A DNA stretch of 63,079 bases, filler included, from Octopus bimaculoides (GCF_001194135.2; 4 parts of 4 records of this genome joined end to end with filler, not necessarily neighbours in it); one strand, 5' to 3'. Shown: positions 1-13,679, numbered from the whole stretch's first letter. Made by a program: numbers and translations. The notes: generated by a model from the sequence alone, not told the origin.

Positions 1-35
<35 letters not shown>

Positions 36-455
36 ATATATATTTTACAAAAACACAGAGAGATATTGTAAATGCCATGAAAGCAATAACGATAACATAA
101 TAAAATATTATACATTTATCTCCAATTCAATTATAAACCTCAACTAAAACTATATCTTCCTGAGAATATAGAACATCTTTAAACAATAGTAAATGTGTAG
201 TGGCAAGCATAGAAATTATTCCCCTATAGCTTCAGGCAAAGAGATTTCTTTAGTTTTCTTCTTGCAGACTATTTTAACTCTAGAAAAATTATCTCAGAGA
301 ACAGTTTGGCTTAACTTTGCTGTATTTGAGATTTCAGTTTTTGTAACATTACACTATCTTGATATATATATATATATATATATCTATACATATATTGTTA
401 TTTGTATATTTATTCTTAAACGATATATATTCATATCTATATATGTATTTATTAG

Positions 456-570
456 CTTTTATCTATTGCTTGTATCGGTCGTTTGACTGCGGCCATGCCG
501 GAGCATTGCCATGGAGAATTTTTAATCGAGCGTATCAACCCCAGTATATTTCTTTTAAAGGCTGCTACTG
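456..570 (-). mobile_element. SINE family C, 3' fragment
   Basis: TTTGACTGCGGCCATGCCGGAGCA. Further fragments lie at ~5038-5135, 11740-11905 and 51960-52020. Confidence 0.7.
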
Positions 571-843
571 TTGCAAATATTTTAAACTGTCGTATCTCCA
601 AATTTGGCCAAATGCGTTTTTTCTTTTTTTGTTTTTTTTGGCGATATTTATTTTGGCTTGCAATAGCCGGTTCTTTTAGTCAAACTATCGTATCTCCAGC
701 TGCTTCAGATGCCAAGATATCAAAAATTGTCAAATTGTAGGACAACAGCTTTGCAATGGAATGGTGTAACTATTTTTTCGTTTTCTGAAAAACAAACTAC
801 GTTTTGGACTTACGACTCCTTCGCATAATAGCAACGATATATA

Positions 844-911
<68 letters not shown>

Positions 912-915
912 TAGA

Positions 916-971
<56 letters not shown>

Positions 972-2178
972 AGTGTATTATGTATGTATATAACCTAAAT
1001 CAAATCATGCTCCCTAGAAATGCGTATAGTCCGCTCTAGTTTTCATTTTTTCGTACCCACTTACAATGCATCCAAAAACAGTCCATTTATGTGTTTCTTG
1101 ATGATATCGGGGTGATTTTAATTGAACTCACAATCATACACTTGTGTCCGTTTAGAGAGAAAATAATGCACAAAGACTAAGAAAACCTAATATTCAGTCT
1201 GTAATCTATGTTCGTGTATTGAGTTATTTACGGGTGTAGTTTTTTTTATACTGCTTGTAAGTTTTCGTATAAATAAATATATATATATATATATATATAN
1301 NNNNNNNNNNNNNNNNNNNNNNNNNNNNNNNNNNNNNNNNNNNNNNNNNNNNNNNNNNNNNNNNNNNNNNNNNNNNNNNNNNNNNNNNNNNNNNNNNNNN
1401 NNNNNNNNNNNNNNNNNNNNNNNNNNNNNNNNNNNNNNNNNNNNNNNNNNNNNNNNNNNNNNNNNNNNNNNNNNNNNNNNNNNNNNNNNNNNNNNNNNNN
1501 NNNNNNNNNNNNNNNNNNNNNNNNNNNNNNNNNNNNNNNNNNNNNNNNNNNNNNNNNNNNNNNNNNNNNNNNNNNNNNNNNNNNNNNNNNNNNNNNNNNN
1601 NNNNNNNNNNNNNNNNNNNNNNNNNNNNNNNNNNNNNNNNNNNNNNNNNNNNNNNNNNNNNNNNNNNNNNNNNNNNNNNNNNNNNNNNNNNNNNNNNNNN
1701 NNNNNNNNNNNNNNNNNNNNNNNNNNNNNNNNNNNNNNNNNNNNNNNNNNNNNNNNNNNNNNNNNNNNNNNNNNNNNNNNNNNNNNNNNNNNNNNNNNNN
1801 NNNNNNNNNNNNNNNNNNNNNNNNNNNNNNNNNNNNNNNNNNNNNNNNNNNNNNNNNNNNNNNNNNNNNNNNNNNNNNNNNNNNNNNNNNNNNNNNNNNN
1901 NNNNNNNNNNNNNNNNNNNNNNNNNNNNNNNNNNNNNNNNNNNNNNNNNNNNNNNNNNNNNNNNNNNNNNNNNNNNNNNNNNNNNNNNNNNNNNNNNNNN
2001 NNNNNNNNNNNNNNNNNNNNNNNNNNNNNNNNNNNNNNNNNNNNNNNNNNNNNNNNNNNNNNNNNNNNNNNNNNNNNNNNNNNNNNNNNNNNNNNNNNNN
2101 NNNNNNNNNNNNNNNNNNNNNNNNNNNNNNNNNNNNNNNNNNNNNNNNNNNNNNNNNNNNNNNNNNNNNNNNNNNNNN

Positions 2179-2333
2179 GTGGTAGTGGTACTGGCTGTTT
2201 TGTGGCGGTGGTGGTGGAAGATATACAAGAGGTGGGCGTAGAGGGCTGGAAGGAAGACCGAGGACAACAAGTAGAAGTGGAAGAAGAAGAAGAAGAAGAA
2301 TAAGAAGAAGAAGAAGAAGAAGAAGAAGTAAAA

Positions 2334-2382
<49 letters not shown>

Positions 2383-2453
2383 CGTAGAGGCGACGGTGAT
2401 GGTGTAGGTAGTGGTGGGGGTGGTGACGGTGGCGGTTGTAGTAGAAGAACAAT

Positions 2454-2490
<37 letters not shown>

Positions 2491-2520
2491 CGAAGGAGGA
2501 GGGGGAGGTAACAAAAGACA
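2179..2520. repeat. Compound trinucleotide microsatellite (GTG/GAA/TAG)n
   Basis: Long (GAA)n and (TAG)n runs; source of the spurious poly-Y/T/L/S ORFs. Confidence 0.95.
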
Positions 2521-2842
2521 GCGGGAAAAGGAAGAGAGAAAATTGACAAAGAAAAGTCTTTTCTACATGAATTTTAATTTTATGTATTTTATTGCGCTTT
2601 ATTAATTTTTTTCCCTCTAACTTTTGTACACAGGGATAAGATACAGACTTACATACATGCCCTCCCATACACACACACACACGCGCACATACACACACAC
2701 ACGTACGCACACATACACACATTTATGTATATGTTTGTATATATACCTGTATAATACATACATATATATACACATATGTATATACATATATATGTATACG
2801 TTTATATATCTATATATATATACATACACACATATATATATG

Positions 2843-2894
<52 letters not shown>

Positions 2895-3030
2895 AAATAT
2901 ACATATAATATTTTGAAAGAGAGAGATTCCCACATTGGATGCATTCACGTCACGTACATGACCACACAATCAGGTGTCTAAATGTGTATCACATCTTTCC
3001 AAGTGTGAGTGAGTGTAAACTATATTTTTT

Positions 3031-3070
<40 letters not shown>

Positions 3071-3618
3071 CAGCAAGCCTTCTGGAAATTCCACATTTTA
3101 TAAATATATATAATTCTATTTGAATGTAAAAATGTTTCGATCTGCACAACTTTCTTTTATTGCATTAAAGTTTTCGATCTGTCTTCGATTTCGTTGTATA
3201 GTTTAATGTTTTTATACCCTTTCTGTTGTGCTTAATATTCCGAATGTGCCTTGGAGTTCTATCCGTACTTAAGGTTATTACAAGTGTAACATACGAACGT
3301 ACGCCATGATAAACAGATTTATATGTTATGTATTTAGATATAAATTTAGTTTATTAAATTTTATAAGATTCAAATCCGTTCAATTGCACATTCATTTAGA
3401 ACGTTTGCGTCATATATTTTTTTTAAATCTATCTATCCATGTGTATATACATGTATATAAAGGGACATGAACAGTATGAAGTTTTCGTTCAAATCATGCT
3501 CCATACATTTCGATTGCATGGCTGTTTATTTGTTCACACCGTATGCGGTAATATGAGATTACATAACATTAATTACATTATATGAATCTATGCATCACTA
3601 AGATCATCTGCGCTTCAA

Positions 3619-3651
<33 letters not shown>

Positions 3652-4349
3652 NNNNNNNNNNNNNNNNNNNNNNNNNNNNNNNNNNNNNNNNNNNNNNNNN
3701 NNNNNNNNNNNNNNNNNNNNNNNNNNNNNNNNNNNNNNNNNNNNNNNNNNNNNNNNNNNNNNNNNNNNNNNNNNNNNNNNNNNNNNNNNNNNNNNNNNNN
3801 NNNNNNNNNNNNNNNNNNNNNNNNNNNNNNNNNNNNNNNNNNNNNNNNNNNNNNNNNNNNNNNNNNNNNNNNNNNNNNNNNNNNNNNNNNNNNNNNNNNN
3901 NNNNNNNNNNNNNNNNNNNNNNNNNNNNNNNNNNNNNNNNNNNNNNNNNNNNNNNNNNNNNNNNNNNNNNNNNNNNNNNNNNNNNNNNNNNNNNNNNNNN
4001 NNNNNNNNNNNNNNNNNNNNNNNNNNNNNNNNNNNNNNNNNNNNNNNNNNNNNNNNNNNNNNNNNNNNNNNNNNNNNNNNNNNNNNNNNNNNNNNNNNNN
4101 NNNNNNNNNNNNNNNNNNNNNNNNNNNNNNNNNNNNNNNNNNNNNNNNNNNNNNNNNNNNNNNNNNNNNNNNNNNNNNNNNNNNNNNNNNNNNNNNNNNN
4201 NNNNNNNNNNNNNNNNNNNNNNNNNNNNNNNNNNNNNNNNNNNNNNNNNNNNNNNNNNNNNNNNNNNNTATATATACATATATATGCATCTATCCATGCA
4301 TGTGTTTATGTATGCATGCATGCATGTATATGTGAAGATGTTCCTGTGT

Positions 4350-4369
4350 GTGTAGATAGATAAATAGAC

Positions 4370-4421
<52 letters not shown>

Positions 4422-4462
4422 GCATTCACACAGAGAAAGACAGAAGGAGGAGAGAGAGAGAG
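4350..4462. repeat. (GATA)n tetranucleotide microsatellite
   Basis: Visible directly. (TATC)n also at 10085-10179 and 49455-49520; (TATG)n at 15770-15810 and 56525-56640. Confidence 0.95.
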
Positions 4463-5574
4463 TGAACTGATTTATGATCATCAAAAGATATATCCATGGT
4501 GATTAAGAGATTAATTCCTAAAAACCACTTAAAATCCAACACGTCATAAGATAGCAATAGAACCAAGTGAATTTAAATTGCATGTATATACACAATCAGC
4601 TAAAACGATCTCTTAGAGCAACATATTTAGAACGCAAAACAAAAATGTTTAAATTTCACATAAATTAATTTATACTCAACAACTGCTTCATTACCATAAA
4701 CATCAATATAGTATTTGCTTCATTAAGATAATTAATTTAAATCGATTTAAATTATTTTAAAGCGATGATTTACGTAAACGTCACTTTTAATTGGATTTAA
4801 TTGAAATTAATTTAAATCCATCTATTATATATTTTAATTGTGGAAATAAATAATGTTTATGCTAATGTAACTATTGTTGAGTTGAATTTAATAACAAACT
4901 ATATGCAAAATTTTTTGTTTCGCTTTTTATACTAAATTAATATCTATGGGTGTGTGTACGTGCGTGTGTGTGAGTGTGTGTGTGTAAAATGCCGACGCAC
5001 AGTTACATTCACGTGCACACACATATGATTGTATGTCTGGAAAGGCAGTTAAGAACTATGTGGTTTCCTGTTCAGTCCCATTGCGTGACACCTTGTTCAA
5101 ATGTCTGCCACTGTAGCTTCGGGTCGCATCGTGAGTAAAAATTCTCCGACCTAAAGGTTGCGTTTTGCGAACATACTTCTCAACATTTAAATAAAAAGTA
5201 ACCAATGAAACGTTAAGGTCCCGAACATTTCATTCACATGTGTGCACCCCTTTCTTGTTTCCTTTATTTTATTTATTTATGTAGGTATTTCTAGCAGACA
5301 GACCTATTGAGGACTTCCTCCGTAGGTGGTGCGTCCACAGTCAGAAAAAATTCGTTGTATAAATATAGACTAGACAATATAAAAGAATGCAACAAATCCA
5401 GACTATCATACCGCACCTTGCTGATCGTTTTCCAATTATAAGTGCACATGTTTAATCAAAACGTACTTGTCTGGACATGGTAACGGAATGTAATCAAGCA
5501 ACACCTACGTTCTGCGCAGATGTATCTCCAGACAACAGAGCTATCTATTTCAGTGTCAACGAAGAAGTGTCTAC

Positions 5575-5928
5575 GCGGACGCTCGAAATGGTAACTAGAA
5601 AAAGCGGTTTCGATTCCCAGACCGGGCGTTGTGAGTGTTTATTGAGCGAAAACACCTAAAGCTCCACGAGGCTCCGGCAGGGGATGGTGGCGAACCCTGC
5701 TGTACACTTTCACCACAACTTTCTCTCNNNNNNNNNNCTGTTTCTGTTGTGCCTGTAATTCAAAAGCTCAGCCTTGTTACACTGTGTCAGGCTGAATATT
5801 CCCGAGAACTACGTTAAGGGTACACGTATCTGTGGAGTGCTCAGCCACTTGCACGTTAATTTCACGAGCAGGCTGTTCCGTTGATCGGATCAACTGGAAC
5901 CCCTCGTCGTCGTAAGCGACGGAGTGCC
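5575..5928 (+). mobile_element. tRNA-derived SINE, family B
   Basis: B-box GGTTTCGATTCCC; body and tail (GGAACCCCTCGTCGTCGTAAGCGACGGAGTGCC) are shared with 12763-13090, 23485-23630 and 55134-55318. Confidence 0.85.
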
Positions 5929-6047
5929 ATATGCCTATCAATTCTCGATATTTTAAATTTAATCTGCTTATTAATACACACTTCATATAGAGAACTATAT
6001 TTTCACTTCCACCAGATATGTGTGTGTGTGCTTGTGTGCGTGTGAAT

Positions 6048-6115
<68 letters not shown>

Positions 6116-6908
6116 AAAGTGTATTATTTTTATATTACCAAAATAACTTCATATAAGTGAAAAAAATCGATACATACTTTACATGGAGTACATACAATTA
6201 AACGGTACTTACCAAAAGAAAAAAAAAGAAACATTCTTTCTCTTTTTCTTTTAGTTATTTTTAATCAGTTCTTAACTAGCAGTGATTTGAATTTTCAAGT
6301 CGATTCTAACCGTTAAAAATAACTTGTATAACCAACCACACTGCCACCTCTCCATATTATTACAATTGGCTGCTCAGCACATCCATTCCTCATGCCATAC
6401 ACGTACACACAAACACACAAACACTCTCTCTTTCTCTCACATTCACACACACACACGGACACACACAAACAAACGCACATTCTGCATCTATATAGCTTCT
6501 TTATAAAGATCTCTGTTTTACAAGAATACGGTGGGGGATGTTGGCTAAATTGGTAAAGCGACGGAGAGAATGACTTTTTTTTTGTTTGTTCTGTAGCTCT
6601 TTGCATAGTTGTGTTCAAATCGTGCCAAAGTCAACTTTCCATGGTCGACAAAATAAAATAGCAGTCAAGTGCTGAAGTTGATTTAATCGACTTGTCTCCT
6701 CATCAAAATTTCTAGTCTGATGCTTTTGTAAGAGGCACTTCTTATTCCGGTTTAGTTTTATTCTTCTCGGTTCAAATTCCACTGAGTTGTATTTAACCTC
6801 TGGTCTTAAAATAAATTGCCAACCAAGTGCAATTTTTCGACATCACTAAGTAACAGCGTCCCCCGTAAATTGTTGGTTTTGTGCTAAGTTAATTAATTCA
6901 ATTTTTTC

Positions 6909-7120
6909 TACTCTCGGCACAAGGCCTGAAATTTTGGGGGAGGTGGGGCCAGTCAATTAGATCGACCCCCAGCACGCAACTGGTACTTAATTTATCGATC
7001 CTGAAAAGGATGAAAGGCAAAGTCGACCTGGGCGGAATTTGAACTCAGAACGTAAAGACAGACGAAATACCGATCAGCATTTTGCCCGGCGTGCTAACGT
7101 TTGTGCCAGCTCACCGCCTT
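6909..7120 (-). mobile_element. tRNA-derived SINE, family A
   Basis: Sense strand has GGCGGTGAGCTGGCA (A-box), GAGTTCAAATTCC (B-box) and the body CTTTCATCCTTT..GGTCGAT shared by more than 10 copies in the window. Confidence 0.88.
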
Positions 7121-7489
7121 TTAATTACCTCCGCCTTAGCGAAGGTGGAGGTATTGTTTTCAGTGGTGTTTGTTTGTTTGTTTGTTTGTCTGTGGACAAG
7201 ATATCTCCAGAACCGCTGGATGGATTCGAATGAAACTTTCAGGGATGTTTGGCCTCGAGGCTGATATCAACTGATTAGATTGTCCGGTACCGGACAAGGA
7301 TCCTGGATTATTTTTCCTGCTTTTTTACTTAATTTTTGAGAGCGGCCGGGTTCATTTTTAGTATTCTTGTTTGTGAGTACAGTCGAGTTTATTTCAGATA
7401 TTCTCATTTTAAGAATCATCTCCGGTTAATCGTTGAGAAGACGTTGGTGTTGCCTTGGCAGAAATTTGCGCTCTCTAAGTGCTCTTGTT
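7121..7489 (+). mobile_element. Helentron/DINE-1-like non-autonomous element (HINE)
   Basis: 5' hairpin CCTCCGCCTT-AGCG-AAGGTGGAGG, then (GTTT)n, then 3' CCTTGGCAGAAATTTGCGCTCTCTAAGTGCTCTTGTT (subterminal inverted repeat and terminal palindrome). It sits in a T-run with no TSD. Confidence 0.7.
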
Positions 7490-7497
7490 CTCGTCTT

Positions 7498-7700
7498 GGG
7501 TGGCGAGATGGCTGAACGATTAGGACGCCGGGCGAAATACTTAGCAGCATTTCATCTGGCTTTACGTTCTGAGTTCAAATACCACTAGGGTCAATTGGCC
7601 TTTCATCCTTTCCGGGTCGATAAAATAAGTACCAGTTGAATATTGGAGTCGATCTTATCGACGTACCAATGCTTGCCTTGTGCAAAAATTTGAAACCAAT
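7498..7700 (+). mobile_element. SINE family A
   Basis: GGCGAGATGGCTGAACG...GAGTTCAAATACC...CTTTCATCCTTTCCGGGTCGATAAAATAAGTACCAG. Confidence 0.85.
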
Positions 7701-7769
7701 ATTTAAACATTGTCAATTCAGTTATAAATCTACGTATTGTATCTAGTTATCTTGTGAATAACAGTACGT

Positions 7770-8330
7770 TTTGCGTATCCAGTCAACATTTATACACTTT
7801 ATCTCTCCTTCCTTCAGTGTTTTATTCAGTGTTTCGCTATCCATTCAACATCTACACATTATGTCTATCTATTCAGTGCGTTTATCTCTATTACCAAAAT
7901 CTGTTCACTGTCTAGTTATCAATTCCACATCTATAAACAGCGTCTACGTATACATTTGCACAATGTGGCTATCCAGTCAACATCTCTCCAATCATCCCCT
8001 ACATATAGCGTTTTTCTATGTAGTCAACATTTACACACTGTATCTATTCAAACTTCTACACACAGTGGCTATTTAACAATTCTACATCGACACAGACTAT
8101 TTCTTTGTTCCATAACTACACATTGTCTGTACCAGTTCAACGTCTACACATTCTTTGTATCTATCAAGTCAACATCTATATACTGTATCTATTTTCAGAC
8201 ATCCACACACTGTATCTATCTATTAATTCTACATTTCCACACGCATTGTGTCTATTCAACATCATACATATTGTGTCTGTCCATGCAGAGTACACACTGA
8301 GTATTTGTATAAACTACGTTCACACAGTAT
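7770..8330. repeat. Degenerate minisatellite, unit ~25-30 bp
   Basis: Recurrent TATC(C/T)A(G/T)TCAACAT(C/T)TACACACTG-like units. Confidence 0.65.
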
Positions 8331-8976
8331 ATATAACCCAGATATCATCAAGAGAAATGTAGCACACCAGTGAAGCCTGGAATTTTACAAAAGCTTTTTT
8401 ATCATTAACAAGAAAACACTAAACACAAACCGTGTCTTCTTGATTTTCTCTTTTGGTCTCATCAATGACGGGCGTCTCTGTTCGTTAATGATTTCCCGAT
8501 TAGAAATGAATGAAACTATAACCAGAACTATACCAGTTGGTATTAAAGCCACATGCACCCACCTAAACCTCACAACAGTCCTTCTACGCTTAGTTATACT
8601 TACATATATACATACATACGTGCATACGTTTATGTATATAAGTGTGTGTGTTGTGTGCGTGTGATTGTGTGCGCGCGTGTGTATGTATGTATGCGTTAAT
8701 ACATGTATGCGTTAGTGTGTGTGTATATATATATATAATGTACACACACGTACACAGAGGTCTACTGGCAACATGTTATCCGGTACAATCTGTCGCTTGG
8801 TTGGGCCGTCGGTGGCTAAACCCAGTAACCCTACCATACCTGCTTGGTAAGGTGAGTGCTTTACTTTAGACATTCTGTAGAACGAAAACTAAGACCTGTC
8901 AAAGAGCCGATGACCTCAATAGAGTCAACGGCCATCCAACAACTGGGAGTAAGAGTATCCTAGTCTTCCTTTAGAC

Positions 8977-9465
8977 CAGCGGTGGAAAAACGCTCGCCCA
9001 CAGGCGCAATTGCGCCCGCAAGCCCGTTTAATTTTGCCAGCAGGCTAATATACTCATATCTAAAAGTAAACTTTTCAATCAAAATTTATACAATATTCGT
9101 AAACCAATCTGCGACATAGACCGCGTTTCCGTTATGACTTAAAATGGTCAGAAATCGTCCGGTAATTGCCATTTGAATTGAAATTTTTGTCTTCACTATA
9201 AAACACGTATTGCTAAGTTTGTACCACCCCTTAATACCCAACTACACTTTAGCTGAAAAGTATAGAATACTTCATAAGTAATATAAAAGTCCTAAATTCA
9301 GTGGCGGCGTTACTGAAGATGTAACGCATTAATTTAATGTGCTAAACTTATCTTTATTAATGTATATCAAATTATACATAGATATATACAAGATTCACAC
9401 AGGTATAAGAGTTAGAACTTGTGATCCGCCCGCGGACCTTTTTCTTAGGAAATTTTTGCTCACCG
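8977..9465 (+). mobile_element. hAT/Charlie-like non-autonomous element, one end lost
   Basis: Begins CAGCGGTGGAAAAACGCTCGCCCACAGGCG...GCCCGCAAGCCCG after CTTTAGAC, a Charlie-type target. A subterminal GCCCGCGGACC motif lies near 9430. No second TIR was found. Confidence 0.5.
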
Positions 9466-9499
9466 CACTTTAAAGTCTAAAGTTCCCGCACCCCGCTTT

Positions 9500-9950
9500 A
9501 GACGTTTCTCTACTTACAGAAGAACTCTGATGTGAGACCCACCATATCTTGTGCATCCAACGAGGCAGCCTGATCCCATTTAGTAGGCAATGCATACATA
9601 AGCCCAGAGAGTAAGACTGTCTGGTATGCATGAGTGATTGCTGGTCTTCCATAAACAATCTTGCCCGGACTTGTGCCTCGGAGGGGGACTTTATCTGTGC
9701 ACACCCATGATCGAAGGGGGTCTTTACCCTTTAACTTATTACGTGTTACGTATTATGGTTGGTCGTCGCTGGCGAAGGCAAAACTGTCAATGAAAATATT
9801 CCACGATTGAATGCTTGCATGTGTGAGCGTAGGTGGAAAGCATCCTGGACACTTGCCGCAATAGGCACTCTTTGTAGCCATAGCTGTGCAATGCTCGGTA
9901 GAAACGAAAAGTAACACCTGCCCTGCTCATGTTTAAGAGACCGATCAAGA
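9500..9950 (-). mobile_element. RTE-like LINE 5' UTR fragment (tentative)
   Basis: GC-richer block containing GGCACAAGTCCGGGCAAGATTGTTTATGGAAGACCAGCA, which I recall from RTE 5' regions. It interrupts the hAT element. Confidence 0.35.
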
Positions 9951-10114
9951 TAAGGCATTGCTTCAAACTAAGTTACAACCATCCTCCACACACATGTACA
10001 CACACACACATGTACACACACACACTTATATACACATACACACACAAGCTTACTCAAACACATACGCACTCACACACACACACTTCTATCTATCTGTCTA
10101 TCTATCTATCTATC

Positions 10115-10169
<55 letters not shown>

Positions 10170-11056
10170 CTATCTATCTNNNNNNNNNNNNNNNNNNNNN
10201 NNNNNNNNNNNNNNNNNNNNNNNNNNNNNNNNNNNNNNNNNNNNNNNNNNNNNNNNNNNNNNNNNNNNNNNNNNNNNNNNNNNNNNNNNNNNNNNNNNNN
10301 NNNNNNNNNNNNNNNNNNNNNNNNNNNNNNNNNNNNNNNNNNNNNNNNNNNNNNNNNNNNNNNNNNNNNNNNNNNNNNNNNNNNNNNNNNNNNNNTATAT
10401 ATATATATATATTGACGATGATGGTGATACATGTATATCTATGCATATTCAAACACACAGACACACACACGTATGTAACTTTCCATGAAGTTCTCTATCA
10501 CTTTCTCGAACCAATCTCACCGAGGTCGACACGACTACTCTTTCATCATAGCAGACACGCTATAATTAGTACCTGACATATATTAGGTTCAACTCGCAGC
10601 TCTCCCATTGGCCTTTCTTCCACGAAACAACTTCAGACCTTGGGTGCAATGAATCACCGCTCACTAACCGACATATTAACGCCGCACTTCTTTTTTTTCC
10701 ACACTAGATCTATTCCCAAGATTTAAATGAATGAGAATACAACTAGGGCGTATCTTTCTCTTGTGAACTGCCGTACTCATTCATAGATGATTGTTATCGT
10801 TATTAAACACGTCCTTCATTCATATATATATCTTTCTTTTTTATAATCACCTGTGTAATAGGTGTGGTGTAGCTAACAGCTCGTATTTCCTCTGTTACGT
10901 TGATTAGGAATGTTGACTACCTAATGTCTCAGAGAGGAGTAGTCAGAGGACAAAGAGTAAGTTCGTTGTAAACGGCAAGAGAGAAAGTCATTCAACAGAT
11001 TAGGGCGCCTGTCTGTTCGAGGTTTCATTCTTAAAGGCTGTGCTACAGGTATTTAT

Positions 11057-11250
11057 GCCGCCGCCGCCGCCGCCGTTGCCATTGACAGCGACGCCGACAC
11101 CGTCCCCACTGCTGCTGCTGCTGTTGTCTTTGTTGGTGTGCTGTCGTGAGCGCTGTTAGTGGTGGTGGTGGTGGTTGCGGTGGATGTGTTGTTATTGTTT
11201 GCTTTAGAGTGTCGCTGGTGGTGGTGGTGTTGCTAGTGGTAGTGGTGGTA
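11057..11250. repeat. Compound GC-rich trinucleotide repeat (GCC/GCT/GTT/GGT)n
   Basis: Visible directly; no convincing ORF context. Confidence 0.85.
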
Positions 11251-11289
11251 GACATTCATGGTGTGTTTTTTTTTATATTNNNNNNNNNN

Positions 11290-11595
11290 AAGCCTTGTGA
11301 ATGGATTTGGTAGACGGAAACTGAAAGAAGCATGTCGTATATATATATATATGTGTGTGTGTGTATATGTTTGTGTGTCTGTGTTTGTCTCCACAACATC
11401 GCTTGACAACCGATGCTGGTGTGTTTACGTCCCCGTAACTTAGCGGTTCGGCAAAAGAGAACGATAGAATAAGTAATAGGCTTACGAAGAATAAGTCCTG
11501 GGTCAATTTGCTCGACTAAAGGCGGTGCTCTAGCATGGCCGCAGTCAAATGAGTGAAACAATTAAAAAGAGTTAAAAGAGAAAAGAGTAAAAGAG
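11290..11595 (+). mobile_element. tRNA/CORE-like SINE, family C (internal microsatellite), 5' end in a gap
   Basis: AAGCCTTGTGAATGGATTTGGTAGACGGAAACTGAAAGAAG-(TA/TG)n-...GCATGGCCGCAGTCAAATGA with an (AAAAGAGT)n tail. Homologous to 21661-21992, 38170-38415 and 55430-55593. Confidence 0.88.
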
Positions 11596-12161
11596 TAATA
11601 ATATTTCTCTTTGGTAACCGAGTCTTCCATTCTTTGAAAATGTCTAAGCCTCAGAGAACTTCAATGCACCAAAATCTGTACAGAACTTGACTTTCTCCGA
11701 GACAACAGCATCAGTCTGAATTTGTTTTAGATTTTTTTGCTGAAGCACCCCCTCGAAGAGTTCAGTCGAACAAATCAATCAATTGCTTATTTTTAAAGCA
11801 ATTAATCTCTCGATCATTTTCGCCGAAATGTTAAGGTACAGGGACATAAACAAACCAAGGCTGGTTGCCAAGTAGCGTTGGGGTGTACAAATACAAACAC
11901 AAGCAAAAAGCACACACACATTCATATGCGACATGCTCGCTTTGCATTCAGACGGTTTTAGGGTTCAGGCCCTCGACGCTGCAACTTGTGTGTTCATGCT
12001 TAGTCTCAGAAAACTGCCGTTTTTTGTTTTTGTTTTTTCTTGTTTTTGCTTTTTTGGTTCTTTTACCTGTCTGTGATATAATAACATCGCTGACTCCGGC
12101 TACAACAAAAGAGTAGAGAATTGCTCGATATACTAAGTAATGTAACGTGTTTACCGTTCCA

Positions 12162-12165
<4 letters not shown>

Positions 12166-12238
<73 letters not shown>
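12166..12238. repeat. (TC)n microsatellite
   Basis: Visible directly. (TC)/(GA)n also at 40610-40686, 42394-42456, 49520-49580, 49760-49870 and 54403-54550. Confidence 0.95.
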
Positions 12239-12241
<3 letters not shown>

Positions 12242-12762
12242 TTTTGAATATCATATTTGAACTTTATACTCTTTCTAATTCTATAGTCAGTTGTATTTGC
12301 GAATCGGGGAAAGGTGAGAACACCAAATGCTCATTACTCTATTATTCTAACACTTTAGGGATTTATGATTTGGTTTTCAGCAGCATAAAATCTTTTTCTG
12401 TAACCCCAGCTTTACACCAACATCCACCTACACCAAGTTGAACATTTAACTTGTATCGTCGTTTCTTCAGCATTAAACATTGTTGCATATTTTGAAACAG
12501 ATTCCGTTGCTTGTTTTATTTAATGTAAGTTAATCATTGCAGCTCCGTCTTACCTATCGTATGTTCCGACATACAAGTCGACATAGTATTCATACAGAAC
12601 AGCAGGTTTATGGATGTGATATTTCTTTTGTTAAGATGAAAATACATGCCTTCTGACGATTTCAACCTTACAAGTTCAACAACAGTTATATTCTTTTATA
12701 GAACCATCCAGAATTTCAAGTCTGTCTTGTCTACCGTATTTTCCGACATACCAATCGACGTA

Positions 12763-13090
12763 TGTTGTTGTTGGCACTCCGTCACTTATGACGTCGAGGG
12801 TTCCAGTTGATGCGATCAACGGAACAGACACGTGTACCCTTAACGTAGGGTACACAGTGTGACATGGCTGGCCCCTTTGAATTACAGGCACAACAGAAAC
12901 AGGAAGTAAAAGTGAAAGAAAGTTGTGGTGAAAGAGTACAGCAGGGTTCGCCACCATCCCCTGCCGGAGCCTCGTAGAGCTTTAGGTGTTTTCGCTCAAT
13001 AAACACTCACAAAGCCCGGTTTGGGAATCGAAACAGCGATCCTATGACCGCGAGTCCGCTGCCCTGACCACTGGGCCATTGCACCTCCAC
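12763..13090 (-). mobile_element. tRNA-derived SINE, family B, full length with TSD
   Basis: A-box TGGCCCAGTGG, B-box GTTTCGATTCCC and an (AAC)n tail. The 14-bp TSD TACC[A/C]ATCGACGTA lies at 12749-12762 and 13091-13104. Confidence 0.92.
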
Positions 13091-13679
13091 TACCCATCGA
13101 CGTAGTATATAACGGAAACATTCAAACATTGCTACCGTCTTTTCAAATCTTGCCGCGTTCCACGTGGAAATCTTTGTGTATAAGTCGCCTGCAAATTTTG
13201 ATTTAGAAAATTAGAACTGGACGCCGGCAAATACAATAGTTTCAGTAGTTCTGCAGTTCGTGTACAGATCTTTTGACTCTGTTCCTAGGTGTTGTCATCT
13301 CAGATTCTCAGCTTTGTATGTCCTTCAGACATTTTCGTTTCGTTCAAATGTCTGAAGAATTTTCTGTGTAAGCTACGTGAGCTGGATCTCCGTTTGCAAC
13401 GTAGGATGCGTGTCTTTATATTATGTACAATGTTGTACTGTCTCCTAGCAACACATTTAAATCTGTAAAAAAAAAATTTTGAGAAAAGGAAAAAAAAAAA
13501 CAGTAATACATCAAAGGATTTGGCGAAAACAGAAGGAAAACGATGATTCATTGTTAATAATATTCGTACATGAAATTGAAAGCTGAAAATGTAACTTGTG
13601 GAATGAGGATCGGTGATTATATGAGGTGTAAGCTGTTGTTCTTAAAGCAATTCGAAGAAAACTTGAAATAGAGATGTGT

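Noticed and set aside
1187-2722. Long ORFs of 420-510 aa and other X-rich ORFs
   Set aside because: They are open only because they run through N gaps and microsatellites (poly-Y/I/T/L); no domain content.
5575-5640. SINE heads as tRNA genes
   Set aside because: A/B boxes are present but there is no full cloverleaf, and each head continues into a repeated SINE body.
13322-13356. 12-bp stem hairpin CTTCAGACATTT / AAATGTCTGAAG
   Set aside because: Isolated short hairpin with no supporting context; plausible by chance.
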